A DNA stretch of 63,819 nucleotides, filler included, from Octopus bimaculoides (Eukaryota): assembly GCF_001194135.2 (NCBI RefSeq). It is 6 parts of 6 records of this genome, joined end to end, with 100 filler letters (N's around TTAATTAATTAA, not from the genome) between each part and the next. Parts side by side here need not be neighbours in the genome. Positions count along the whole stretch, not along the records: positions 1 to 23,822 come from NC_069001.1; 5 more parts are not named here. One strand, written 5' to 3'. Positions 1 through 13,380 of the stretch are shown piece by piece; the stretch's first letter is position 1; each line of letters starts with the position of its first letter. Made by a program: the position numbers and the translations under genes. The notes below the pieces were generated by a model, which saw nothing but the letters and a program-made list of their open reading frames with translations, had not been told where the DNA came from and made no database searches.

Positions 1-1444
1 GAATTTACTCAAGTATTTCAAGATATTTTTATGTAATTTTGGTAAATATATTTGTCAAATTTAATTGTTGCGTTATTTAGACATTTCATTCTCCGAACCG
101 TGTACATATAAGTGTACATAATGTATATTTATGAATATATTTATATGTATATACACGTATATACATATATATATATGTATACACATGTAACAAAGTAAGA
201 GAATAACACTGTATTGGTGAAAAAAATTAAGTAATCTAAAATGCAGTATTGCAATACCAATACTTTCATGTGAATCAGTTCGCAGTTATGTATTGGTAGT
301 TTAAAAATTGCGAATTTACTCAATACAATGGAAAAGGGATTTGGATTGGAATGCGGGAAAATAACTTAGCTCTCACATTTTTTAAGATAAAGAATTACAC
401 GATACTTCATTCAGTATGCAAATCTTGAGTTCGCTTCAATGGATTCCATATAACATACAAGTTATATAATGGAGACATCATAAAGAAGAATGGAGAATTA
501 TACATAGTCGAAATTTGCTTATTACAGTATTATTTTCATGAAATTCACATTAGATCCCAATCCAACACGTGTTTCTGTTGCATAAGTGTCCTAATGTCCT
601 TGATGCAGCATTTATGTGCATTTAGTTGGTTCAGTTGCAGTGCATATTGATCCAAGGTAGATATTATTATAGAGCCTTGTTCAAGATTTTACCTATTCGG
701 CTGTGTGAAGTGAAATGAAGAATCCGGTGTATATATAAGTGTATTATCGATGAAGGATCATAAAATCACAGGGAACATGACAGTAATAACTGTTTTGAAA
801 TACGATATGACTATAGTCCTTGTGTCATTTAAACTTAGAATGATCTTTTTAGAATTTAATGGAATAGGTTATTTTATATACTTAGTTGTTGAAAACACCT
901 TAATTAGGTCGGAATGCATTCACCTTACTGACTACTAATAATGAAGATAAAATGATATCATATAAGATAAATAGATAGATAAAGAGGACTCGAAAGAGAA
1001 AATAAAGGAGGAAAATAAAGAAAAACGAGATCTGGTGTGAGATTACTAAAATCTAACTAGGGTAAATCTACGATAATTTGATAAGACTAACTTATGTGCA
1101 CTACCATCTCTGTAATATCCTATTAAAATCCTTATTTAGAAATAACTTATATACTTTTCTGAAAGAATGTATGCAATTCAGAGCTAATTAGTTTCTGTGA
1201 TTTGATTACCTGTAATTAGAGGTAAGGATTTATTACTTTTAAGCATAGATTACACTTCGAGTTCCCAATAGTATTTGTTCAAACTCTACTCATAACTGTC
1301 CATTTAATATCATATTTAATGTCCTTCAAATACCACATAAATCCACTCAGGCTAGTACAATTCATCTCTTACCTATTTTTGAAAGAAGAAAGATAGTTAC
1401 GTTATCTCTGCTTTAAGTCAGTGATACATGACTTAAACAGACAC

Positions 1445-1566
1445 AGGTGACCAACTCCTCATCAGTTATCGGCCAGAAGGTCAAACGCAATTTCGCACCT
1501 TTAACGATAAAGACGCGAAATTGCGTTTGACTCTTTGGCCGATAACTGATGAGGAGTTGGTGACCT
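1445..1566. repeat. Near-perfect inverted repeat / fold-back (about 52-bp arms, about 18-nt loop)
   Basis: Left arm aggtgaccaactcctcatcagttatcggccagaaggtcaaacgcaatttcgc (1445-1496) is the reverse complement of 1515-1566 with few mismatches. Confidence 0.9.
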
Positions 1567-1663
1567 TCTGTGTGTGCTTTCTGTTTGTTTGTAGATTTAT
1601 TATTTTTCAACTTATTAATGACTGGAACGCTACGTACCCTTGACTCTTTTTACAGTAAGTGTT

Positions 1664-1706
<43 letters not shown>

Positions 1707-4000
1707 NNNNNNNNNNNNNNNNNNNNNNNNNNNNNNNNNNNNNNNNNNNNNNNNNNTATATATATGTATATATATACATATCTTTGGGTGACCTATCTCT
1801 GTATATATGATTGTATGTTTGCGTGCAGGTATATGAATATATATATGCATACATATCTATATCTACAGATATTCACTTTCATTCACTTAGAAATATAATT
1901 ATGTATTGTATAATTGTTTGGTGTGAAAATGCTCCAAGTCCTCTATCAATCACAAACTAATTGAGGGCGACGTTTCTGTCTCGTTGCCCGAACTATAAAA
2001 GATATGGCTTGAACCTCACTATTTCGGCAAGTCTGGGACCAAGTAAGTGCTGTAGTAATGTGATTTTCGAACTCGTGAAGGGTAACGATTGGCAAAATAA
2101 TATACATGTATACTATGCTGAATTGCCAAACCGGTATAACGTACATTAGTTAAAGGCCTAATGTAGGTCTGCTAGACTAGTACATGAGGAAGTTATGATC
2201 TTGTTGCAGAACTTTACTATATACAGAAACATGAGTAAATATATAAGTAGCAAAAGAAGAGGAAAAAACATAAGCCTGATGGTATGTGTAAATCAGTATG
2301 TAAAAAAATATGAGCAAAACAGAACCATTTGCATTTAGTATCAGTGTTTGTTATTGTAATCGTGCAGTGGTGTTTAGTATAATGTTGTTATTGAGTAAAT
2401 GGTCCAAGAAGCTAAGTTCTATCCTGTATATGTTCCAAGTCCAGAGTTTTATTTGATTATCATTGGTCTTCAGTATCTGCGGTGAACATAGGTTGGAATG
2501 GATAGGAGAACATCCGGAACTTGATTTTATAGATCAAATCTAGAAGATTGAATTGCTAATCAACAGGGGTACTTTTAGGGATCTTTTGCAAAATACCATG
2601 GAAGTAAGCTTTTCATTTCATCCTTTTCAGGAGTCTACAATTTTGTCAAGTAATTATCTTGGCTTAGAACCCATTTAATTATGTGGGAATATTTACCATC
2701 GAGTATTTCATGCTATAATGGTTCGATAGTAATTTGATTTTTGTTGAATATTTGGCATGCTGTCAGCAAACATTGCTATTTTTATTATATATTATATAAT
2801 CCAGCCAGTTATCAGATCCTTATTGATCAGTAGGACATGACCTTGGAGAGAATAACTGCTCAAGAATCAATCCTAGTATTTAACGTGTATTACTTATTCG
2901 CTTGTTCCCTTTTGGCGAACGGACCAGTGATGGAGACGTAAACTCCGACTGTCAATCAGTGAGAGACGCACAAAAGAAACAGAAACATATCCACAGATAC
3001 ATCTACGCACGCACTCTTTCTCTTTGTCACACACACATACGCGGCAGGTTTCCACACAGTTTCTCAACCCGAGGCTAATTTGACGACACTTGCCGAAAAT
3101 GTCTCACAGGGTGAGGCACCACGAAACCACCTGGGCATAAAACGAACCTCTTATTCAAAAATCCAAGACTATGCCTCTACTAATACATAATAATAACAAC
3201 AAGCACTTATGATTAAGTTGTGTTGAGAGGTAGGCGTTTTGTATTAATTCGAGAATTAGCTGATAGCAACGGAGAAAAGTGCAATCATTTCGCAGATTTA
3301 TCCTTCTACATCTTATGAATTGTATGCAAAGTCTTTAATACCTGTTCCAAAATATATTATGATAATCAAATGATTTAAATCAGCGTCTGAAAGTAATGAA
3401 TCTCACATGAAACAATGAAAGTGAATAATATACGGTGCGAAGAGGAAAGTAGTAAATTAAATCATTTCTCTCAACGCCGTATATCATTTCATTTGGAGAC
3501 CATTCAAATATCATTTGGCTTATTCTTGTTGAACAAATCTTATGATTTGACCTATTCTTGTACAGATCTTGTGAAAAATCAAAATCAATTATTTCTCTAT
3601 TTCATTAATATTAGCTATGATCTATTGCGAAGAGGACAGGCATATTATCTAATCTATAAGAAAGTATAAAAAAGAAAATACACAGAGGCAAATATATACA
3701 AGTGGAGACAAAGAAATTATAAGAAAATAAGAAGAACGTATATTTATTTGAAACTAAATTAAAAATACTGTACTAATTTTCTGTGTGCATCTTTGAATGA
3801 TCTTATATCAATTTTAATACTGTTTACGATATATAAAAAGTGAAATGTTGAAACTAAATAGAATAATTTGTATTAAAATAAGAAAAATATAAATGCGTAA
3901 ATGACAAACTGAAATAAACAAAAAATATTGACTTAAAAATAAGTACTGGGGTTGACTTGTTCAACTAAACCCTTCCAGGTCGTAAAAAATAAAAGATAAA

Positions 4001-4051
4001 TACAGTAGAACCTCGGTTTTCGAACAACTCTGATCACGAATAAATCGTGCT

Positions 4052-4117
<66 letters not shown>

Positions 4118-4170
4118 AAAGCACGATTTATTCACGACCTGAGTTGTTCGAAAGTCGAGGTACTACTGTA
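4001..4170. mobile_element. Tigger/pogo-type MITE with about 54-bp TIRs, TA ends and a microsatellite core
   Basis: tacagtagaacctcgg...gtgcttta (4001-4054) is the reverse complement of taaagcac...tactactgta (4117-4170). A CAGTAG terminus flanked by TA is typical of the pogo/Tigger group. The interior is (CT)n(AT)n. Confidence 0.8.
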
Positions 4171-4441
4171 TTTTGTTCCGATTTAGCTCTACATGAGTCC
4201 TGTCAGTAGTAATCAAGAATGAAACAATAGCTCGATAATATGTTAATTTCATAAACTTTCGTTTACTAAATGACCAGAATTTTTAATTTAATTCCAACCG
4301 AAGAAATAGTATATAGCTGGAGGTTGATTTACTACAATGCTATCGCATAACGTATGAAGTAGATTAACTTTGAGCATAAACCTATTATAAATAAACTTAC
4401 GCACACATATACAAATATAGATAATCAACGTTATAAACACG

Positions 4442-4481
<40 letters not shown>

Positions 4482-6264
4482 TTTGTAGTATAAGTCACGA
4501 AGACAGTGCCCTGTGGAACACCACTAACCGTGTTTCTAGAGGTGGATCGATTGGCCACCTCTGCCATATATATATATTTCATCTACATTCAATACTTTAT
4601 TTCATGGTGCCATCCATTTTTATTTTATTTTATATTATATATTGTATATTATATTATATATTGTATATTCCATATTCTATACCCCACATTAGTTCTGCAG
4701 GAATATAAATAAAACATAAAAAACAGACAGTGTTGGAACTCTTTTAAGCAAAATAATATATTCCTCTATACACAATCATACAAAAAAATCCACCTTTTTT
4801 TGTATTTATTTTTACTCGCATATATATATATATATATATATATATGATACAAACAAGAAGATAATTTTACCTTTACAAAGCGGAAAAATTTGTCAACAAA
4901 CAGCCATGGATGTTTGTTGACGTTCAATATACATACAATATACATATTTAGATTTTCCTATCCGTCTTCACTTGTCTTAGAATCCGGAAGTGGTTTCGAA
5001 GGTTTGTTATAGTTGGGGAATGTTAGGAGTACAAGAGATAATTCAGAAATTCATCCGACGATTTTATTTCCTTTTATTTCCAGAAGATTTTGCTATGAAA
5101 ATATAATTATAAAAAAGAAAAGAAATGGAAAGAGAAAGATAAGGGGATGTGCAACAAAAGTGAAAAGGAGAGGAGTGAGAGAAAGAAAGAAGATTGATAG
5201 ATTGTTGTATAATTAGCTAACCAGATATCAGGTTAGACAATTGTAGAGGCTTGAAGAAATGTCATGTAGTTAAAGTAGGCGTTTACGTCGATATTTTTCT
5301 ATCTGCTTCCTTCCCCCTCTCTCCATATATGCATACACGCAGATATATGCGTTCATAATACATATATACATGCGTACCTACCTACCTACCTACCTACCTA
5401 CCTACCTATATGCGTACATACATGCATACATATATACATACATACACAAATGTATGTATGTGCATGTGTATATAGATATAGGTTTCTCATAGTATGAAGG
5501 AGTGGGGGAAATTCTTGAGCGCAATGGTAGGAACAGATCGGAATTACAAACAAGACGTTAAAGTAAACAAACAGTAGTCAAGATTGAAGAAACATTTTTA
5601 CGACAGACACACACACTCTCTCTCTCTCTCTCACACCCACACCCACACCCACACACATATGCACACAAATATATGAGTAGAGCTGCAGTCTCCACCACCC
5701 TTACCCAACGAACATGCTTCCTCGAAACTTTCTTCATAATGCATATTTTAATGACATTTTACAGTGATATGTTTTCAAAGAAGCATATTTGGATTAAGGT
5801 GATGAAATTTTAAAGAAATTAATTTGTTTTTATAAAGAAAATAACTTCAAACCTTCTTAACCGTTCAATAAATCTCTTATGATCAATGCATAACATAAAA
5901 ACTGAATGATATTAAATTTTATACATAATCAACATGAAATTGGAACGCTTGATAAGAATTTCATAGTTTATGTTTCGTCTACTACTGTACGGATGGAAAG
6001 AGTTCTCGATGATATTCTGTTCAGCGCTGCGTACTTCTTATCTCACACCGTTAAGTTGTGTAACGGTGACGAATAAAACCTTTTTTTCTTTCTTTCTGTA
6101 AACAAATTATTGCTCTCACCAATATATATGCCATCGACAGCTTCGAAAACATATCTTTGTAAAATTTCATTACAGAATATATATTAATATATATTATTAT
6201 GAATGTTTCAAGGAAACTATATACATACAAACATGTGTGTATGTATGTATGTGTGTGTGTGTGT

Positions 6265-6428
6265 GAGTGTGGTGAGAAGCTTGATTACCAACCACATAGC
6301 TCTGGGTTCAGTCACACTGTGTGGCACCTTATGTAAGTGTCTTTTACTATAACCTAGGGCCGATGAAAGCCTTGTGAGTGGATTTCGTATACGGAAACTG
6401 AAAGAAGCCCGTGGTATATACATATATG

Positions 6429-6494
<66 letters not shown>

Positions 6495-6685
6495 TCCAAT
6501 TACCGCTTGACAACCGGTGTTGGCGTGTTTACGTCCCCGTAGCGAGAAGTTCGGCAAAAAAGACCGATAAAATATATACTAGGTTTAAATATATGTTCTG
6601 GGGTCGATTTGTTCGATTAAAACCACCGTTCAAAGCGATGCCCCAATATGGCCACAGTCTAAGGAGTGAAACAAGTAAAAAAAAA
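6265..6685 (+). mobile_element. tRNA-derived SINE, family A (internal microsatellite), near full length
   Basis: Head with GGTTCAGTC B-box-like motif, gaaactgaaagaagccc body, central (TA)n(TG)n and a 3' part ending gtgaaacaagtaaaa. Matches copies at 44017, 54505 and 59601. Confidence 0.85.
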
Positions 6686-7435
6686 AGAAGACATATATAT
6701 ATATATATATATACATATATACACATACGTGCATACAGACATACATACAAACGCGCACACACATTACATAATTATGATTATCTCTACTTCTAAACCAAGT
6801 AAAAAAAAAAAACTAGATGCTAGTCGCGACCAGCTTGAAGGGAAACTAGATGACGTATGATTCTTCGTCATGAGGTTTTATCATTATGAAGATACTTAGA
6901 CATCTTTAGATGTAATACTTAAACATATACATCAATGCAGAACGTATTTACGGACAAGGTTATATATGCAAAGGAGTCAAGAATATTACCTCAGCTTTGC
7001 CAAAAATCGGGTATATGATGAACAGAGATAAAGTTAATTGAAATGCCATACAACATAAATTCCATTGAATGTAGAGCAATCCACTAATTGTTGTTGGGAG
7101 CATTTATAATAGTATTAACAAGAATCATTAATTCACAGAAGTTCACGTGCCATTGAGAAGACATTTGTTTTTCTGGGGAAAACGTATTATTACATCACTT
7201 TCTCTGTCAGTTTTGGCGAATTCTATAATCTTGAGATTATCTAACTTTCTCATAGAATGTCGTGCCAATTGGTATTCAGGTATCATTTTCCATTCTTTAG
7301 AAGATGAGGTATTTGTAATAAATGGAGAATGTATGTTATATGTTAAATAATATATCGTTATCCGTTTTTGCTATTCAAATACATTCCACGGGCCACGTTG
7401 ACTTGTATCAGCACATTTTTATTTCCTGTATTGCG

Positions 7436-7523
<88 letters not shown>

Positions 7524-8648
7524 CATGTACGTATACATATACAAATATATATCGAAATACACACATACAGACATATATGCATATTTTTATACAAATGCCT
7601 GCAAATATAAATGTTCGGTTGTGTGTGTGTGTGTGTGTGTGTGTACGTGCGTGTGTATGTGCCTGTGTGCGTATAACAACATTTTTGCTAGTCACGAATA
7701 TTTTCTGGAAACTTTTTCATCAATATTAACATTTCCTTTTGAACTTAGACCGTTTGTAATATTTCAAAGAATAAATATTATCTCTGTATTTATGGTCATC
7801 ACATTTTAATTCAAAATTTCATAATACTGCTGCATCTCACTAAACGTAACTTAGTAAGCACTTTTCGAAAACAGCTTAAGGTAACATAAAATACGGCTGC
7901 TTTTGAATTTTAACAATATTAAACATCGTATATTTGTAGACAGCAATTGTACATGATTAGGAGATGACAGAAATCATCGCTTCGAATCGAATATATAATA
8001 TGCTGGATAAATACTTTAAAGATTCACCACAATGAAAATTGCGAGCAGTTTTTTAATTATTGGTGTCTGTATAACTGTTATCTCTTATCTTTTACTTGTT
8101 TCAGTCATTTGACCGCGGACGTGCCCCGGCATCGCCTTGTATGCATTTATAATAATTAATAATGTGCAGAAACACGTAATAACGTACGTTTATTATGAGT
8201 ATGCATTGCTTTTATTTTGTTGGTATAACTATCATATTTTCAGTTTCAAAGTTCGGCTTATAATATTCGGCCACACATTCAACCTATATATGTATGTTAT
8301 GTAAACAGAGGTCATGCATTTAAAATGTTTTCTATCAAAGCGATTAACTGATGAAAACCTTTTCCGTGAAACTGTGCAGAATGAACTTTACGAAAACACG
8401 TATAATTCATAGCCCTTGTCTTGTGTAACTGCATATATAATAAGTTAAGGAGCTTAATAACACCACCTGACTCTTGTGTGCTGAAGGTTAACAGCTCATG
8501 TCACTGATCTTCTTCCATTTTCCCGATAGTCTCGGGACGCAATGTCGGTGTTTTATTGACTCTGTGTAAACCACAAGAAACATGTACACAAACCTCTTTG
8601 TACATACATAAACATATACACACGTACACACGTACGCATGCACACACG

Positions 8649-8679
<31 letters not shown>

Positions 8680-8698
8680 GCACACACACGCACACACG

Positions 8699-8730
<32 letters not shown>

Positions 8731-9779
8731 GTGAAACAAAATGAGACTGGAGAAATCCAGGTAAATACCTCACTCACAACTCCATGTCAGAAAATCGAGA
8801 AAATCTGTCTAACAGAATTTCGAACGAAGAAGATAGAAATCCGTATAGACTAAATCCACAGAGCGAGCCTAACAAACTATAAACTCGAAGTTATTTACCC
8901 ATTATTTCCTCAGCTAAACATCTAAAATACACATCATCCAGTTTTACAAAACGTCATCCTCACAAGTAGGGTATCAGTTTGTGGTTAAGAAAATGTGTCA
9001 ATGATGATCTGTTGCTGTCCATGACAAAGCACAAATAAAGCAGACGAAAGGATATTCTCGAATGGCCGTGATAGTGGTTACTATTAAATAACCAATACTT
9101 CTAAATCTTATGAAATCCCATTTATTTGATCTGCAACGGTTCAATAACCAATATGCATTAATCACTAGTTAACAGGATTATTTTACAGTCGTTAAACGGT
9201 TTATACTCTGAATTATCAAGCTGTATCTAACCGTTGTCAAAACTAATTCCCCCAATCCCTACTTTTGTTCATTATCCGTAACACTGTAGTTTACTCTTTC
9301 TTTAAAGCTCTCTCCTCTTTCTCTTCTCTAAACTCTCTTCCTCAGCACTTCAGCTTACATAATTTCAAGATTAGCAGAAACCAAGATCATTTACTTTGAA
9401 CAACCTGCAAACTGGACAGTCACCAAACCAGTATCGGAATGAATAATGAAAGCATGGAAACTGATGAAGTCGAATATGCTGAAGTATATTTGTGGTCGAA
9501 AAAATTTATAACATTCTTTAGAATTAGTCATGGGAAATGCCTTAAGTTTTCAGCAAAATAAAGTCAAAATGTCGCAATCTACAAAAAGAAAGAAATAAAA
9601 ATTTTGCATACAAACAAATGCTTACTATTTCTGTTGGTATGACAGCTACTGCCTTTGTTTTAATATGTACAAAGCCAAATATTTCAGTGGAAGGAAAAAC
9701 AAAGTTGATATCAACATTTTTTTCCAGCCTAGTGTAGAGGAACATAACTGGTCAAATACTGATTTAAAAGTTTGACACA

Positions 9780-9908
9780 AGGCCAACAATTTCAGAGGAA
9801 GGAGTAAGTCAGTTACGTCGACCCCGGTGCTCAACAGGTACTTATTATGTCGACCCCGAAAGGACGAAAGGCAAAGCCGACCTCAGAGGAAATTTAACTC
9901 AGAACGTG
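9780..9908 (-). mobile_element. SINE family B fragment (Nin/Deu-like central domain)
   Basis: tcgaccccgaaaggacgaaaggcaaagccgacctc core is shared with about 10 other copies in the window. Confidence 0.8.
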
Positions 9909-10133
9909 AGTTTTACACTGCCTTTAGCTCCTAAAATATTAATATCTAAGCCCAATAATATGTACATGAAGACCATTCAGTATAGTTCTATATTTACATG
10001 GGCCACACACTCACACATACACACATACACACATGCACACACAATTCCAAGACCGTTCTGTTCAGTCTAAACTGAAAATCCAAATATCTTTATAATTCAA
10101 ATTTTAACATATACTCAGAAAACAATTTATTGA

Positions 10134-10135
<2 letters not shown>

Positions 10136-10166
<31 letters not shown>

Positions 10167-10184
10167 TGTATGTATGTATGTATG

Positions 10185-10231
<47 letters not shown>

Positions 10232-10232
10232 A
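10136..10232. repeat. Compound (TATG)n(TATC)n microsatellite
   Basis: Direct reading. Confidence 0.95.
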
Positions 10233-10301
10233 TTGCTTGACTGTATGGGAAGAACCATGTTTCCAACCTCTTGACTCCGGGCTCAGTCCTACCTAGTGTG
10301 T

Positions 10302-11018
10302 CTGTTCTTTAGGAAGACCAGTGGGCAGAAAGAAAGAACCCCTTTCGTCACGTGTCAGCGACGAGAGAGTCGAGGAGGAAGAGAAGGAATGAGAGAGATA
10401 GAGAGGGAACGGTGAAAGGGAGAGAAGAATAAGGGAAGGGTGGGAGGGAAAAACAGAAAGGATGAAGAATAAGAGAGGGAGAGAGATAGGCAGAGAAGAG
10501 ATAGTAGAAGAGTGCGCATTGTAATTATTAAGATAAAACTTACTTGGAAAAGGATGCGTGGCGTTCGATCATATGCTAATATAAATAATATANNNNNNNN
10601 NNNNNNNNNNNNNNNNNNNNNNNNNNNNNNNNNNNNNNNNNNNNNNNNNNNNNNNNNNNNNNNNNNNNNNNNNNNNNNNNNNNNNNNNNNNNNNNNNNNN
10701 NNNNNNNNNNNNNNNNNNNNNNNNNNNNNNNNNNNNNNNNNNNNNNNNNNNNNNNNNNNNNNNNNNNNNNNNNNNNNNNTATATGTATACATACATGCAT
10801 ATATGGGTACAGGACATAAGAAAAAACGTTAAATCTCTCTCCCTCTCTTGTTCTTCATCCTTTCTGTTTTTCTCTCCCACCCTTTCCTTATTCTTCTCTC
10901 CCTTTCACCGCTACCCCTCTCTCTCTCTGACTCCTTCTCTACCTCTTTGACTCTCTCGTCGCTGACACGTGAAGAAAGGGGTTCTTTCTTTCTGCCCACT
11001 GGTCTTCCTAAAAAACAG
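10302..11018. repeat. Inverted pair of diverged repeat copies (10302-10487 and 10833-11018) flanking an N gap
   Basis: aggaagaccagtgggcagaaagaaagaacccc...cgtgtcagcgacgagagagtc matches the reverse complement of the right arm. Multiple substitutions show the arms are not an identical duplicate. Confidence 0.85.
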
Positions 11019-11087
11019 CCGTATTTTTCTTTTGTCTCTTCTGCTTAGCGTTCATAATAATTTTTCTCTCGTCTTGGCTCAACAGCC

Positions 11088-11210
11088 CTCACTGTTTGTT
11101 TTTACAGTCTTGTTCTCACTGTTTGTTTTTACAGTCTTGTTCTCACTGTCTTGTTTTTACTTTTTTTCATTGTTTTTACTGTCTTGTCCTCACTATCCTG
11201 TTCTTGTTAA
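11088..11210 (+). repeat. 27-bp tandem repeat (ctcactgtttgtttttacagtcttgtt), 2 intact copies plus degenerate copies
   Basis: Direct reading. Confidence 0.85.
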
Positions 11211-11442
11211 CACTTTCACCCTCCGAAAAAATTCCAAATTTTATTTAATTTGCTTTGCGGGAAGGACTGTTCCAACGAAATCATGTATTGTCCTTGCCTT
11301 CGAACGCGGAGTAGATGGAACAGGGGCAACTGACAAAAGGATATACTCTTTATGCTGCATGTCTCGTTTCTCTGTTTGCTTTTTTCGTTGTTCGAAAAAA
11401 TGTTCGTTTTCTGTTTTCGTTTTTGTTATCGTTTCTCATTGT

Positions 11443-11580
11443 GACAAAGAACATTCTGCCTTCAATCCAGCATAGAAGCTACTAGGGTATCAAGAAGATA
11501 TACATTGTTACAGACTCTGCCTGATATTCTTGATACCTTAGTATCTTCTGTGCTGGAGTGAAGGCAGCATGTTATTTGTC
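11443..11580. repeat. Fold-back palindrome with about 59-bp arms (MITE-like)
   Basis: gacaaagaacattctgccttcaatccagcatagaagctactagggtatcaagaa pairs with ttcttgataccttagtatcttctgtgctggagtgaaggcagcatgttatttgtc. Confidence 0.85.
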
Positions 11581-11864
11581 TATCTCCTTAACTTCTTGGA
11601 GATTTTAGGCGTAATTATACTAATGTGTTCATCTGCTTTAATTTAATTAAATTCTATGTCTTTGTGCAGCTGAGGATTGCTCTGCATTACCTCTGGATAT
11701 CCTGGTTGCTTATAAAATGAATAAATGTCATAATAATGAAAGGTGTAATGTCGACTGGTTTCATTTAACTCTTTAATTTGACAATAGTTTTTTTCTAAAG
11801 AAAATTTTCCTTTTTTTCCCCTCCTTTCCCCCACTTTTCCCTTTCCCCCTATTTTTTCTGTTCT

Positions 11865-13380
11865 TTTCAGTTCATATAATTGTTCCCACTATCATACCAT
11901 CCAGACGTGTGTTGTTTTTGCTGCAGTGAATGTATTTTGTTTGATAGGATGTGATTTTGTTTGCGGATGCCTGCCTACCGTTCATTCCTCGGAATACTGT
12001 TGCTGTTATTGCGGTCTCGCCTAAGGGCTTGGTTTTTGTTTGACTTTCTTTTCCCCAGTTTGGGGTGAAGAATTTTGAAATGGAGTGTTCGCCAGAACAC
12101 GTCGGGAGTTATACGGCAGCGGCGGATAGTCGCACGACCAACACTGCAAACACACTGGAAGTGCAAGTGGTAGTAGTTGACCTCGAGAAGATTGGAAGTC
12201 ACAGGGAGCTGCTCCAGAAGGAGGGGGAAAACCGGTGACTGACCCCCTCCAGAGAAAGTGAACAATAGTACCATGAGACCGACAGTGGTATACAGAACGC
12301 TGACCTTATCCAGCAAGAAAATTGAGATAGCGACGGAGGAGGCTATTGAAAAATGCCTAGAAAATGCTAACAGTATAACCACCTACTACACCAGAAAGTA
12401 CGGCACAGTGAACGCGAAATTTGCCACGGAAGAAGAGGCAATCAGTCAATCCACTGAACCTCTGAGATCACAGGAATGGGTACTGCTGCCAACCTACTGC
12501 GGCAAATGAGTCGCGAGAATCAGGGTTGGCAGGATACTGCCAGAAATAGAGGAAGCATGGTTAGTAGCAGCCATAACTTATGAAACGGAAGAAGTCAAAA
12601 TATTGCAAGTCACAAGAACTAAGAAGTTGAATTGATGGGGTTATGGGCTATAAATGGTTGTCCAAGCCAGCGAAGAAGAACTAAATGCGATAACGGAAGA
12701 AATACTGCTGTCGGAAGATAAGAAATTAAGAGTGGTAGTGGAAAGTCGTTCACCCACCTGCTACCACTGCGGTGTGAAAGGGCACATGAATGCAAAGAGC
12801 CCCGAGCTAATTAATGAAACAAGTGAAAACCAATGTGAACCAGTGAAAAGTACCGAGACAGCAACCCCAATCATGGAAGAAAATACGGAAGACACAGACG
12901 AAGAAGGATTCACTGAAGTTCCAAAAAGAGAGATGTGGTTGCAGGGTCAGCCCCCAAAACTACTAAAAAGAAAAAGAGAAACATTAATACTGAAGACGAC
13001 ACACAAACACTTAACAGACTAGATATACTCACACAGCATACACCACAAGTAGAAACACCAAAGAATTGTGATACCACCCCGGTTAACTCCAGCATCCCAT
13101 GTAGTAATACAGATCTAAATGCAGACAGACAAAACATACAGACCCACAAAATTCCCCGAAAACACAAGGCTTACATGATGACATACGCGAAAAGCACTGC
13201 AATCAAACGCATGGTTACCAAAATTATGTCGGTAATCAGAGTGAGATTGCCGGCTCAGGCGAAACCGGAATACTCCAAATGCACATTAATCGAAACATTT
13301 GGTTCAAAAATGGACCCGTTAGGAGAGGAGGTAGAATACGAAACCCTACCTCCAGTCGTGGATTACAAAGGGATAATACA
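11865..13380 (+). mobile_element. Decayed L1/Tx1-like ORF1 (gag-like, CCHC zinc knuckle) with 5' leader; no ORF2 seen
   Basis: ATG at 12080 (MECSPEHVGSYTAAA). Segments 12258-12509 and 12654-13022 are in one frame separated by stops and contain RVVVESRSPTCYHCGVKGHMNAK, homologous to the knuckle at 14781-14846. The 5' boundary is approximate. Confidence 0.75.

Noticed and set aside
1515-1566. CTGATGA inside the hairpin as a hammerhead
   Set aside because: No GAAA follows a stem II on either strand.
2150-2750. Possible Penelope RT remnant on the minus strand (IKL..ELSFLD)
   Set aside because: Only one weak motif; no YxDD or other diagnostic block was recoverable.
8784-8882. Short ORF MSENRENLSNRISNEEDRNPYRLNPQSEPNKL
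   Set aside because: 32 aa with no recognisable homology or splice context.
9300-9600. Possible exon after a polypyrimidine tract (MNNESMETDEVEYAEV...)
   Set aside because: The acceptor is plausible, but there is no good donor and no recognisable protein.
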